A stretch of 31,137 nucleotides of DNA from Seison nebaliae (GCA_023231475.1 JALJEE010002041.1:62001-93137); one strand, 5' to 3'. Shown: positions 1 through 23,850, numbered from the stretch's first letter. Numbers and translations: made by a program. Notes: a model not told the origin generated them from the letters alone.

Positions 1-670
1 AATAAGCCATGAGTTTCGGAAGGAGATTTATTTTTTTGACGAATGAAAATTACTTAATAAAAAGAGCGATTAGTTTTAACGAAATTTTTAGAAAAATTCT
101 ATTATCGGTTAGATGGAAAGTGAAAATATAATACCTCGTTTATTATACGACGATCTGCGATTATCGAGCGGCCTCGTTGTCGTTGTAATCTTTCTTTTTC
201 TTATCGATGTTTCATTTCTCTTAAATGGATGACTACTTCAACTCTTACAAGAATCGTATGTTATGTTTAGTCCATATAATCGGTCAGTAGTTATAGTCCG
301 ATTTAGTCGACGGACATCGAATTTCTAATGGAGAGATGTGGAAGAATATTTTGAATTTTGAACGAAATATATGTGTACAGAATAACATCTCGACATGAAG
401 TAGTAAGTAGAAGTTTCTGGAACTGAAATGGAAATAGTTAGAAAAAAGGTATCGAGAAGAAATGAAGTTTTTATTCGATTGATGTGAAAGTAGAAAAGTC
501 ATTTACCAATCAACTCATATTTTATTAGTTATGTAATTTGACATATGTTAGTTGGATATGTGATACGTGCATTAGAATTGCATAATTTATTATTTGTATA
601 ATCATCATCATAATGATCTTTTTCATGATTATAATTTAGACGATGATGAAATAAATTTTTTTATTGTCAG

Positions 671-741
671 ACGCGAATGCTCAACTGGAGAAATGTACTC
701 TAGAAACAAGAGATACATGGAAGGCTAAAAGAAAATATTGA
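671..741 (+). CDS. Possible isolated terminal exon of an upstream gene, product unknown
   Basis: ttttttattgtcag acceptor followed by xANAQLEKCTLETRDTWKAKRKY*. No partner exon was identified in the window. Confidence 0.2.
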
Positions 742-3700
742 TGCGATCTGTTCATTAGGAACTAGTTCAATTTTGTTTGATGGAAATAGATAAGAGAATG
801 AATGAAATGGAATAATTAGTGCATATTGTTATTTGACAAATTAGAAAGTAGTAGTAGTAGTTTTCTTTTTTTTCTTTAAAAGATTAAAGTTTGATGTTGT
901 ATGGTAGCAGAAAGAAAAGAGTGGGAGCAAATGAAAAATTTTTTGAAGAATATTCTTCTTCTTTCATATTTGCCTTCCTTCTCCGAATTGTCATTTCACA
1001 CATATCGTTCTTATCCCATCGGCACATGTATATCCGCTGCCAATGGTTGATGAGATGAGATATATGGGATTGAGACTCCTCTCAATCTCTCTATGCATCT
1101 CGACATCATTCGTTGCATGTAGACACATGTGTAATTTTATGGATATTTTAATGAAGCGATATGTAACATTGACAAGAAATCGTGCATATTGTTAATCATC
1201 TTTAATTCGTTCTATTCTATTTCTTGTCCTTCTGTTGCTTCTCCTATTCTTTTGATTATGTTTCGTCTATGAATTCTTTTATTCTTCTTCTACTTCTTTC
1301 AATTATCTTTTCCTTCATCCACCATTCAGTTCGGTTTCATTCTGACGGATTTATTGCCCATATGTCTTACGTAGGTCGGATGTCGATGATGATTTCCTTG
1401 ATAAAAGATTATTGTCAATTGCTGAAATGTGTTTCAGATGTTCATCATTTTGTCGAGGCATTTGTATGTATTATCCTTCGGAATCTTCTCCCATTTTCTT
1501 TTAATGTTCTCCGTTGGAGGGTGAGAGTGAACGGAGAATGTCGATTCTGTTTTTCTTCTTTTCGTGAGTCTGCTCCTACCTGTCATCTATGCTATTCATC
1601 GATAAACACGGTCGACATAATGAGCACATTGTATGATATTCGTCGATTATGACACTGAAAAGGTGTTGACATGCCAATTTGATTGAAGTATTTCCTTTTA
1701 AATGCATTCCTCTTCTCCTCTCTCCCAGTCTATCTTTTACCGCCCTTCGTGTGCAAACACATTGCTTTCGTGCACTTCCATCACGTAACTGTCGTATAAT
1801 CATCACTATTTTCCATTCATAGTTACCAATACTACACACTTTATAAGGAAATTAAGAATGTGAAGAGAAACTATAAAAAATTAATTAATTAGAAGGCAGA
1901 CGCAAAGGAAGGAATGGGGACAGCTTGACTGACAGATAAGCAATCGTTTCTTATCCAGTCTCTCCTTCACTTCATGAACGAGTGACGGATATCATTTGAC
2001 GAATGAATTCTGTTCATCAAGAATTATAGAGAATGGAATAATTCCTCAAATATTGATGAGGAATAGTGAGTGAGTGAATTGAAATAACAAGAATGCCTTT
2101 TATATCTTTCAAATTCATTTCATCTGTTCCAGAGAATGAGTTGTCCCCTCTTTCCAATCGACTTGCATCATAATCGATATGTAATTAGTGTTTGCATATT
2201 TAATAAATATCTGTTTTATTTTCCCTTATGTAAATATATGTAAATTTCATTACTTGGTTGTTCAAACGAAATTTTAATTGCAAATCTTTAATTCTCTTCT
2301 TACTCATTTCCTGAACATTTCGGGGAGGAGAAGTCACAGAGGAGAGATTAGCATAGGAGAGAAGTATATGGCAACTTGTAAGTTATATCAGACGATTCAT
2401 CTCTCACAGACGTACCATTTGGCACGGTCTTCTTTTTACGAATATCCGAAAATAATCTTTTTTTTATTCGTACGATTCCTCTTCTTCTTGGTAGCAGTTC
2501 ATTGGGAATTCGAAATGAAATTCTTTCACTTCAAAATGATTATTGATCTGTTGAAATATATCGAGTTTGGAAGTATGATTTCCGTTCTCTTAAAACTAAT
2601 AATCAATATTAATGAGTAAATATTATCTCCTATCAGAAGATGGACAAGATAAGATGGTTAACTGATCGAGTGCATTAGAAGGAGAAGATGCACAATATTA
2701 CTTAAATGTTTATTATCACCGTTATGGAAGGACGGAAAAACTAACTAATCTTTGGACGACTGATTATCTGACTGATGTGTTCAGATCTCTCTACCATTTT
2801 CTATTGTTGACCAAGTGAAATAATTTGACAATTCTATTTGTCACATTTATTCCGGTTCGAACCGAGTCAATCTAAATCATTACCGTTCCAGATGGTAATG
2901 GAGAAAACGTTCGTTAAGTGAAAAAGGAAAGAACACAAAACATTATTGTTTTGAGTGTTGGTGTGTAATGAGGATTAATTGTGTGATAATGCGAAATGGT
3001 GGTGGAGGATGGTACGCGGACCATTGATGATGATAGGCAGATGATATGTATTTTACTTCTGCTCCAGATTTGTCGACGTTTGAATACACATGTGCATTAG
3101 TCTGTCTGTGTGTATAAATGTACATGTGTGTCCGTGTGTGTGTGTGTGTGGGGAAAGAATTAATGAGAAGAATATTAGAACAATTTTGGATTTATTCGTC
3201 TTCTATTACGATCCAATGGTAGTTGCATTTATTTATTTTTTTAAACTGATGATTAATTTTACAATATCTCTTTGATACAATCGATTTCCTTAAATTCCTA
3301 TTTCTTTTCCATCTTCAACACTCAATGTAATGTTGGGACAAAAAAAATTCATTTTTATTCTTTGCTTGAAAATTAAGGAACACCACAAACAAGAGCAACA
3401 ACATCATTTTTACACAATAATTTCCCCTTCTGTTTCCAATAGAATAGAAAGAGAAGTATAAATTGTGAAAGTGTGCATATATGTGTGCACAGAAATAAGG
3501 AGGAAATCGAACTCTATGGTACAAAGAAAATCTTCTACAAAATAAATCCTCTTTCATCAAAAATATCGACAATCGACACTAATTTTGAAGGAGAAGGCAT
3601 TCCATCATTTCCCATTGATTCCGTCAAAAGAAACGAAAATTATTCAAAAGAAGAACAATACGAAACTGATAATTCTTTCGGTATCGTCGTTCTATTTTTA

Positions 3701-3774
3701 TTCCCTTCTCGACAATTCTTTACACTCCCTGCCCCAAACTAATATTCTCAATTTATTCAACTCTTTCATGAATC

Positions 3775-12598
<8,824 letters not shown>

Positions 12599-15500
12599 AC
12601 AGAGAAGTGACAAAAGTGGAAATTCGACGTCCTAATTAGAAGAGAAGGAATGCTCAAAGCATCAGATGGGCAGCGATTCCGTGAAAGATGTAGACATGAT
12701 AATAAATGCTGGAGAGAATTGTCTCGAAGCATTTCGAGAGAAATATTGCTCGACATTATTGTCATACTTTACCATCTTTTAAAACTAATTTTATATTACA
12801 TTCGTCCTCATCTTTACTTCAACTATTCATTAGTCGACCTCTCGCTCCCTCTTATCATCAGTCATAATCACTAAATATCTAAACGATATATGGTATATGG
12901 CTGATTGACGGAAGATGATGGGAATGATATATTTGATATTTATTTATTTATTCATTCTACTAATTTATTCTACTAATTTTCTCCTATTAATTTCTATTTC
13001 TGTTTAATCTCACGAACAACACAAATATCATCATCACACATTATCATCATCCATTCGAAATGATTATTGTACACTACATCCTGAACGACGACAACTTATG
13101 GACGACCAATATAATCTTATATAACATCTTGCATCACTGTCAATCGGTAATGGAAGATGTCATTATTCTATCGTTCTTCTCATTCTCTCACACACATACA
13201 CATACATATACATATACACAAATGATATCGAGACAAATTAAACATTTTTTTTTCAAAAAGTAATTGAAAACCTTTTCTTCTTTCGTTCATTCAATTTGTT
13301 CCTCTTTTCCTTGGTGATTTCTTATCCTTTCTTTCTCCTTCGTTCATTTATCCTCATTCAAATATATTAAAAATTCGAATATATCTCACTCATCTCTCAT
13401 ATCTCCTTCTCCATTCCTCGTTCCGAGAGAGACTTGGCCAATTCCTCAAATGGAAAGTTGAAGTTGTTATCAACACATGTATCGTGATGAGTCGTGAGGA
13501 GGTGAAAATAAGTGAAGTATGCGAAATATACTATCTTCATCAATTCTTTTACGAGAAGAATTGATGGAGAAGATCATTCTCCTTATCATTTCCATCTCCA
13601 ACATAATACTTGTGACTACTCGACGGATTAGGATAATTTAATCGAATTTCATTTTCACTTCGATGACTTGAAATTCTTCCACTTATTCAACCGTCCGTTT
13701 GATTGCACATTCTCCCAATACGATTGCTATCGAAAAATAATTTAATTTTATCATTATTTTATTTCCATCTCTCGATGACGATTCGCACTACCAGCCAAAC
13801 GGATAGAGAGAATAGGTCTAATGAATAGATGACTCCATCTATCAAGTCTCCTAAGAACAATTATCAATTTCCATCATCATTGAATTAATATTATGATGAA
13901 TAGCAGCTTCTTATCGCACAATGGAATGTGAGAATGCGTCATTCGGATATAAAAAAGATGAATTGCCATTGAACGAAAGAGAATAGATGTGAAATTGAGC
14001 AAATGGTGACCGGAGATGGGATGTAATGGAAGTCAATTATTTTCCTTTTCGAAACCATAGACGACAAAATTATCAGCTCTATGACCGAAAACCTTTTCCA
14101 CATTCCTTCCCTTCTACATATCCCCCACTCTAACTCATACAATTTGATGGCCATGTCCCTCCTAATCTCGTTGACATACCACCAAATTTCTAACACGTTC
14201 TCTCACTCTATCTGACCATAAACGACATATGACGCTAATCTTATTACTTTTGGTGATTTGGTTTGATTAAACAGGAAATGGTAACATTCCAAATTGATGA
14301 CATACTTCGTATTAATAATTGTTAATGGATCTGAGAAGTGAAATTGAGAATATTCCAATTAAATTAATATTTCTCTCACTTGTTTTGTTCATTCGTTTAA
14401 AGTAAAGTTCATAATTTCGTTCATTCCTAATCCATTTCACTTTGGAGAAAATAAATTCTCCAAATTAATATTTTATGACGCACAACTCGATGATAGTGTG
14501 TGCAATTAGAATTTTCCGATTATTGTCCTTTTGAAGAGAATACGAACATCGAACTCAACTCAGTAATTCCATTTCGACTTTACATTCCGTCCTCACAATT
14601 TCTGATTCTTACAATTCCATAAATTTAGTTAAGTAATCTGTGTGCAATCAAAATCAGAATCTTCCACATATGTGCACAAATATTATGGGATTGGTCGACA
14701 TGCAGATCATATAGGACCGATATGAATGGTTTGCATTAATGTCATTCTACTTTTCTGTTCATTCACGGGAGAATGGAAGAAAGCAACCTAAAATTCGGAC
14801 TTCCCTGATGACGAATGTTTAACAAACAAGAATCTTCTCCCCTCCCAGTTTTCTCCCCCACATTATTTTTTTTTCAAAGATATTTTTCAACATAAATTAT
14901 ACAACACGAGACCTTCGTTGACGAGATCTCTATCCTAACGGAAGAATAACTTCCATCAACTTTCTTATGGATTCTCAAATGTTTTTTTCTCGAATTCGTA
15001 CTCGTCGAAATTTGATTTCTTCTGTATTATTATCTTCACTTCTTCTATGTGCTCCGAATGTGACATTCTCATTTCCATTCAATTTCTCTTATTGTAATTT
15101 TTCTCGAATTATTATCTACTTCATGTTTTGCACAAAGGTATCGATTACAACAACAATAATATTAGTTTGATGGGACAGTATGACGACAATGCTTTTCCTT
15201 TTGTTGTTTATACTTTTGTCTTTGAATTGAACTAGAAAATTACACATCCTATATTATATGGTGCTCTTAATCATTCTACTTTCAACTTTATTTTCTTCAT
15301 TAACAAATTCTTCTGAATCGATGTCATCTAATCTCTTTTAATCATTTTCGTCTGAACATAAATATCCCCATTATTCACATTTGCTGCTCGTCAATCAGGT
15401 CTATCATTATAATCAAATTTTCGTTCATGTATTAGTTGAAATTGAATTTTAAGAAGAAGTTTCTCCTCGAATAAAAAGTTGATGTCACTTCACGATGATT

Positions 15501-17049
15501 GGAACGGTTATGTCGTTGATATAATTTTATTTTATTCATTTTGAAAGTGAAACACAGCTTTAGTGGGAGAGGAAACATGGTGAAATATAATTTAATTGAT
15601 TGAAATGAGAAGAATAATGAGAATTTGCATGAAATGAAAATAAGTTCAAGTCGAGTTATTTATTAAGGGGAATTTCATAAAATTCTTTAAAATAAATTTT
15701 CCCATCCAAAGAAAGCAGTAAAAACAGGAAATGTATTTCTGTTAATGTGACGACTGTTGTTGATAGGAAGGATGAGAATGGTCAATTAATTTGTAGATGT
15801 GGGAGTATCAAGTTGAGATATGTTCCTGGTGTACATGTATGAGTGTTTCTCTCACAATATTCAGAACTGTTGTTACCTTACTAATTATTTGGTGCCTTAT
15901 TTGTAATTTTTATTCTAATCACAGTAAGCTAGAAGCATAACCTCCATCAAAAATTTCTCTTCCGTTAATTTAGCGACGTGACTCTCCCTCTATCCACTCT
16001 CCAATCGTTCCTAATAAAAGTTTTCCATTAATCACATTTTCCTTATTATTCACAATTTTCTAAAAAATTTAAAGAACGTAAAATTACTTGAATGGAATTT
16101 ATGAAGAAAATCTTTTCATTACGTATATTTATTTAATCATCTAGGTCTTTTAGCTTATTGGGAGTATAGGTAGCGCATGAGATGGAAATGCGAGAGAAGA
16201 TGTAGATAATTATTAATCGACCATTTCCATCGACCTGAACAGAGTTATTATCGTGAAAAGAAACAGAATAATTTTTCTCATATTTATTATTTTTCTTATT
16301 GATGTTATTGCAGTTTTTTTATTCTCTTATGATTATTATTGCAATAATTCTTCATTTTCTTCTTCATTATTTCTAAGCATGTTTTCGATCGTATTTCCTG
16401 ATCATTATGATTCAATTCGATCAACTGAAATATTAGATTATAACTATTAAAATTATTCTGTCTCATGAGAGATATTTAGTATATTTCCTTCAAACTACAC
16501 TACCGTCATCTAACAAGTCTAAAGGGGTTGCGTATCCTTCTTCCTTCCCTTGGAAATTTCAACCGATATTATTGTATAACGCTCATTCCGATAGTATGTG
16601 AGGAGAAGGAATGTTCTCTTAAATACCTTCTGCCCAACCAAAATTCTCTTGCCAAATGATTTATAGCTCATATCCAAAGAAAATGGATAAGTTTATTGCA
16701 TCCGATATGTTACAGACATTATGAAATATTTGCACTTTGAAAAATTAAATGATTTACATATAATTATAACGTTAAATGAATAGTACGTAGTTTTAATATT
16801 AACAAGATGGAAGTTTATGTATTGTCTTGTAAATAGGAAGTGTTTTTTCACTATTGACTTAACTTTAGAACCATTTAAAAGGTATGTTAACGACCGATTC
16901 AACTAATAGTTGCAATTATATCGCAGCGACCTTCAAACATGAAGAGGATATTGTAAATGAATGTTCTTTATCATTTTCATCAGATGTCTATACTTCAACT
17001 TGTTGGATGATCAGACATGTGGATCGAATAGTAACAATTTACATGAATC

Positions 17050-19405
17050 ATGAATGCTTCATTACTTCACTTAGCTCTATCTCGTGGTGATATTGATGCC
17101 GCCGTCAATTTCAGTGGTAACGAAACATATTACGGAATAACTTTTGGGCGAATTCTCTACCATGTCCTACTCAACAACAACCTCGTTGTGGCTACCGGTA
17201 CCTTATTCGAATATCTATCGCCAATTCTCCTAATTATCAGTATTGCATTGAACACTTTATGTTTCATCATCTTCACCAGACCAAGAATGAGATGTTCATC
17301 GTCCTCAATATTTACTGCTGCTTTAGGTTTCATTATTTTCATGTTCTTTCATTCCATTAATATTTCCGTTTAGCATTAGCTGATGCTCTCGCATTGACAT
17401 TCTCCACTTTATTCGCAAAACGATTGGGAACTCTGATGACGCAGAAATCGAACGATTTAGTGGCAACACTCGAATGTAAATTGATAACATATTTAAACGA
17501 TGTGTTCATCATCACCAGCATTTGGATTGTAGTTGTAATGATGATCGAAAGGTTAATTAGATTAAATTCAATTATCTTTCTTTACAATTGTCTTCATTCT
17601 CCAAATTCTCTCCTGATAGATGCACTGCTGTTTGGATGCCTCTAAAAGTGACGGATTGGTCAACTCCGAAACGAGCAGCGATTATCTGCAATTGCATATT
17701 GCTAGCTAGTTGTGTGGTGTCTAGTCCGGTTTTGTGGTTGGTCAGAATTGAAAGAGATCGAATGGAGAAAACTCAAAAACTCGATTTCATTTATACAATT
17801 TTAACTCATAACGAAACTAATATTACAGATACGACGAGTGAATATAGTAAATGTACTTCGAGCGGGTACAGTTATCAAATGTATCAATATGTCCGCAATG
17901 TCGTCTTCTTCTCTTTCGTACCGTTTCTCGTGTTACTAGTCACCAATATCTTGATTGGAATTGGATTGAAGAAAGGCGTTTCTTACGATTACAATATCTC
18001 GTACAAGATCCGTATGAGAAAGATGTTACAATCGATTTTAAGTGAAATTCATCATTATCTCTTATACATCTGTTGTCGTAACAAATTATCATACGAACAA
18101 AGAAAATGGAAACGGAAACAAATGAGACATTTTGTCGAATTGAAACCATTAAGTAAATCGAATGATTCTCTTCTCTCCGACAGCACATTCAAATTAACTT
18201 CCGAACAAGTTACAAGTGATCAAGTTTGCAATAAGAGAAAGAAACGTTATCGGCAAAGGAGACATTGTAATTTTCGTATTCGATTTTATCACTATGGCGT
18301 TGTCGAACAACGTTTCGATGAGCATTTACTTCAACTGTCCTCACGCGAAATGGGCAAGTCGAATATGTTTAGTTATAAATTGAAAGAAAATCAATCCGAT
18401 ACAAGAATCTATCGGTCAATGTCAAAATTTGAGAAGAACAATCTTTCAGTTCGTACAATGGCCATACATAAAAAATATGAGCTTATAAAAAAATTCCATA
18501 AGAACATCTCTCGTATTGATATGAGGGCGAACTTCCATCGTCGAAGAACGGTTTCGGAGAATGCCTCTTCCGCCTATCCCGTGGAAGATAAGAATCAATC
18601 ATCCTCCGTATTTCTTTCTAATGAGGAGAACCATCTCAAAAATCTAACAGTCAAGAAGAATAATAGTGTTAGTAACACTCTAAAGAAATTACCAGCAAAT
18701 CATTGTTATAGTTTCATGAAACAATATGATATTGTTAGTCGTTGTCGAAATCAGATGGATATTAATGTGGAACAAACGTCGAATAATCTACCTAATAATG
18801 GTCGATTCTCAAGAAATCTGAATTTGAATTATAAGAAAAGAACAATGGCCATCTATCCCATCAAATTGATTGATCATGAATTGATATGGAAAAAACATTT
18901 CCTCAAAAAGTCAGTGACACCAACAAAACGAAGTTGTCGTAAAAAAAGAAAATCAGAATCGCATAAATCTAAAAATAAAGTTATGCGGAAAAAGATGTCG
19001 TCATATGTTTATCGGAGGAAAAGTGAACCGTTGAATAGTGACACCGCTCCACAATCTGGAGCAACAATTGATCATATCACTTTGCCGAAGAAATTAACAT
19101 TCAAATTAGTTCGCTCGTCGTCAAAACAAATTATAACGATGTTATTAGTAATGTCAACTGTTTTTCTCATTCTCACAGCTCCATATGTTTTTATGAAGAT
19201 TCTATTACAGAATACATATCATCCAAAATCATACGGTACATTTAAACAAATCATAGGAATGGCCACTGTTCGCGCTCGAATCATGTTGTTGAAACAATTG
19301 ACAAAAACGTTGAATAATTTAAATCACGTAGTAAACTTTTTCATTTATTTCCAATATGGAGAGAAGTTTCGTAAAGAATTATATGGATTATTTCATAAAC
19401 GATAA
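17050..19405 (+). CDS. Class A (rhodopsin-like) GPCR, FMRFamide/peptide-receptor-like, about 746 aa
   Basis: Exons 17050-17326, 17374-17551, 17620-19405 (2241 nt, in frame, GT-AG). TM1 ...IISIALNTLCFIIF, TM2 LALADAL, TM3 CK...SIWIVVVMMIERC...P, TM4 ...VSSP, TM5 FSFVPFLVLLVTNILI, TM6 MLLVMSTVFLILTAP, TM7 NHVVNFFIY followed by helix 8 GEKFRKEL. N-terminal N-glycosylation sequons are present. Confidence 0.92.
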
Positions 19406-20274
19406 ATTATCTATTTTCCTTATATTAGTCCAATCCGAATTTTATCATTAAACTACCCTGAAAAACTTCTCAACGATTCCTCTCTTCATTCATTTCCAAT
19501 TTCCAATATTTAATTTTCCGAATTTCCTTATTTAGATTTCTTACGAAATTCAATAATTATCATTTCCAAATAAAATTTGATTATTTTATTAAAATTTTAA
19601 TATTTTTTCATAAATTTCTATTCCATATTGGCAATAACAAATTACTGGAAAATTAATCGAACTATTAATGCTATTTATTTCAATTCGAAATCAACATGTC
19701 AAATTTCTACTGGAGCAATTTTTTTCGTCTATTAAATTATCAGATAAATTTTCACTTTACACTTTCATTTCAACTTTCATTAAGGGAAAAAATTAATAAA
19801 TCTCTTTAAAAAATTACAGGAAAAAATTGATTTATTCCTCTCGTTAATTCAATGAAATTATTTCCGTAATATCGAAAGAAATGTCTCGAAAAAGACAATT
19901 CTCTTTTCTAAATAAATTTATTAATACAATAATAAAATAATATAAAGATCATTCCAAAAAAATTAAAATTTATCCAAATATCATATATATCTAAAAAAAT
20001 TTATTACCAAACATTGAAGCTTATTTCTCTTAATTTCTTCTCTTTGCTACCACTCATTCGAATGGACAAGAAATTTCACAAAAAATCTTTCACAACACAA
20101 TAACAAATTTCTATAACATATTACGTAATCACCATTTCGCAACTATTGGCGATATAGCTAGACAAATATATATACATAGTCTATTAGCGAACAAACTCAA
20201 GCTCAAATAAGAAAGAGAATTTTTTTCCATCATTCTTTCTGCAATAGACATCAAATTTTTTGATAAAATCAAAA

Positions 20275-23200
20275 ATGTCTTCAGACAGCGAATTGAGTGA
20301 TAGTCGCTATCGAGAGCCGAAAAGCTATTGGAAAAAAGCTTCTTTTAATAAATTGATTGCTCGAAATAAACTTAAAAATTTCGGGTACATCAAAGCCCAA
20401 TATGGAGGTTATCCCAAATTGAAGACCTTCGACCAAATATACCAGACGAACTTAAAAGAATCAGATAAACGTTTATTTAACTTGGATGAAATGCGAAGAA
20501 TAATGAATGAATATGGAATCACATCAACACTTGTCGAACATTCACTAAATAAGCGTAATCGATGGAAGTTTCCTGACGAATGTAGGAACTGCATCAATAA
20601 CTTTAGTGAAAGTTTATTCTCGAATGGTGAAAATTTCGATGAAAACAATTTCTTCTGTTATGGAAAAAAGGTAAATCAAAAATTTGAAAAGAAATCGAAA
20701 AGAAAGAAAAATGAGAAATATAAAAATATCGTTGATCCTGATGATATATTGGCAATCCAGAAATACGAATGGTTGAAACAAAGTAAAGAGCGGAAATTTC
20801 ATCAAACTGAATTTAACATTTCACTATTAGAAGGTCATCGAGGTCTGAATGAAAGAAAGTATTTGGCAACTCATTATGATTCGACACATCTTCCTTATTC
20901 GAAGCAACCAAATTATGATAACTCAGAATCCACTACTAAATTTGTATCGAATATGAAGAGTAAGAATCGAAAGATCAATCATTTTAATATAACGAAGGAA
21001 AGAAATTTTATGGTTTATCAACCGGATATTTATAAGAAATCTACACGATCAGAAAATTTAATAAAAAAGAATAAGAAAAAAATTGCTAACAAAAAAATTT
21101 TACATCCAACCACATGGCGTGGAATCCTCACTTGGGAACAAATGGATAATGAGTATATCGACTTTTTAAAAGGAACAGAAACTGATGACGATGATGAGGA
21201 TCATTTTCACAACGTGGAAAATTTAGATCAGAAATTGGAATATTGGAATACGAATAGAATATCAGAAAATGAATTGCAATTTCAAGTAAGGACCAATTTG
21301 GATAAGAAATCTCATATTGATATTAGCCATCAATTGGACAAACAACGTAAGTATCCAAAACCATCACTTCACACAGATGATGATCTGAAGAAATATTTGA
21401 AAGACAAAATCGACATATCTATTAATCCTGATGATATCGACATCATGCAGGATTCGGAAAAAATGATTGATAAGAATCTTGAACAATATATTTGTAACGA
21501 ATCCGATCGGAAATTGAACAATTTTATTGACTTAAATAGTTAATTAATTTTCTTCTCAATATAAATTTTCATATAATTTTTAACAGAAATTATGAAAAAG
21601 AGCAAAAAGATCAAAAAACATCGAAAGAAAAATCGAGAACTACCAAATAAAGATTCCATCTCAGAAGGAATCGTCATTTTGGATACAGATACGGAAACGA
21701 TAGAAGACGAGAATGTTGGAAATAATTTTGAAGAAATAGAAAAATTTGAAGGAGAAATGATGAAGAATGAGGAAGAAATGGCGGAGACAATTGATATACA
21801 TGAATTGTTCAATTTTCAATCAATAAATTTAAGTTTAACCCATGAACAATTGTCAAATAAGGATGAAGACTTCAAAATTATTTTTGGAAATATCTCACCA
21901 ATAATGATGTTGATTGACATAGAAGAAATTGTCAGAAGGAAAATTAGAAACAGATTCAGTTTGGAAGACGATTCATTGACGAATGTTGGATTAAAAGGAA
22001 TAATTCATTTAGAATTACCATTCTTACATTTACCAATGACAAAACATTCTTGTCATTTGGAGATTGAAGCGAAAATAAAAGTGGAATTTCAAGGTCTCCA
22101 ATCCGATTTCGGATATCTAGAGGAGATGGATTTGGCGGAAATATATTCGATAGAGGAATTAGTTGAAAAAATAACAAAGAATATTGTTAACAAAAACGAA
22201 TTGGAAAACTATGAAAAATTGAAGAAATTTTCAAATGGACAAAATGACAAAACGAAAACCTTTAACTTATCGAGATTCATTCCACCGTCTTGGTTAAGTT
22301 CGATTGAGGGATTCTGTTTGTTGACAAAACCGGAAGAAACGAAAAAGGATGAGAATGAGGAGGAAGAGCTTTTGGGGAAAGGAATGGAATTGACGTTTGA
22401 TAAATTAAAATCTCGATCAAGAGGAACATCTGAACGAAAAGATACAAAAGATCATCATTGTGACAATGAAGAAATAGAAAATATTAATTTGGATGAAAAT
22501 GTTTTAAATTTATTGAAGAGTCCGAAGAGTATAGGAACGATGGAAGAGTTTCCATTGAGAATGAATAGTCAATATTCGGTAGATATGGATAAGGACAAGT
22601 CGGATGGAAATGATGATGATTATTGTTCAATTTGCTATGCTGATATGGAAGATTCGAATACGAAAATTTTAACGGTGAAATTGTGTAATCATAAATTCTG
22701 TGAGAATTGTCTAGCCAAATATATTTTGGACAGAGATGTTCATAAGAAATTACCAATCGAATGTCCAACTTATAGTTGTCATACCATATTGAATCAAGGA
22801 ATTATCTCAAAATATTTGCCTTTGTCAAAAATCATCGAAATTCTCTCTCGAATGCTCCAAACTCAAAATATCCATTTACCATCATGTCACGTTTTCGGCA
22901 ATTGCCAAGAGAATTATATCACTTCACCTGACAAGAAAACCATTTGGTGTTTTTGTGGCGAGACGTATTGTATTCGATGTCGCAGGAATGCACATTTCCC
23001 ATTAGACTGTGAGAATGCTCAAATTTATATGCAACAAATTAATGAATTATTCAAAGATTATGTAAGTGACAATTATGTGTCGGATGGGAAACCATGTCCA
23101 AAATGTGGTTGTTGGATTGAGAAGATTAGTGGTTGTCTCCATATGAGATGTGGAATCTGTTCAGCTTTCTTCTGTTGGCATTGTGGAACATATGGAAGTC

Positions 23201-23850
23201 AAGTACATCACGCTTTCGAATGTTCAAGAAGACAAATTAAAATGAGAAAGGTTCGATTAGCAGCTCAAATATTCGAACAAGGAAGTAATGTTCTCAATAA
23301 ATTAGCAATTCTCCAACGAGAGAAATATGTGGAAGAGAAATCCATTCCCCGAAGCTCCAAACGAATTCCCATCGATTTTATTCCACTCCCACTGAATTGG
23401 AGAACATTATGTGAAAGGAAATATAAATATCGATTGAAATTATTTGAAGAAGTGAATAATTTGTACGTCGATATCTTTCAAAACAGTTTGAGATTCTTTC
23501 GATATTTCCTTCAATTCGCAATTCAATTCATTTACTTAAGAACTTCATTCAACGGGAAGAATAACGTAAAAAATAATTTAATTTTAAAAAAAATCAATCA
23601 CATGTTGTTAACATGTCGTCAGTTATCAGAATTGGATAATCCTTCAATTTCATTCAATAAACTAATGGACAGCATCAGTATTGTACCGAGGTCCCGAATT
23701 CATCTCATGTTGGAAAATTACGAAATGAAAGAAAATGCGAAAATGTTGAACTCGTTCCTTTTCTTCTGCGAGAAACAAAAAGAAATTTTTAGAGGAAATT
23801 TCACCGGTCTCTTGAGATTAATGAAGGAAGCCGATTTAATCGAGAATTGA
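20275..23850 (+). CDS. RBR-type (RING1-IBR-RING2) E3 ubiquitin ligase, Ariadne-like, about 1175 aa
   Basis: Two track ORFs join in frame through a 48-bp GT-AG intron (21539-21586); exons 20275-21538 and 21587-23850. RING1 CSIC...CNHKFCENC...CPTYSC, IBR ...CFCGETYCIRCRRNAHFPLDC, RING2 CPKCGCWIEKISGCLHMRCGICSAFFCWHC with the catalytic GC-x-H, then a helical C-terminus. Confidence 0.9.

Noticed and set aside
2852..2864. GGTTCGAACC as a tRNA T-arm
   Set aside because: No cloverleaf or A-box could be built around it.
284..3742. Short ORFs of the track upstream of CaMKII
   Set aside because: F/L/I/S-rich translations typical of AT-rich non-coding DNA, with no motifs or consistent exon chain.
12650..16902. 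Short ORFs between CaMKII and the GPCR
   Set aside because: No motifs; consistent with 3' UTR and intergenic sequence.
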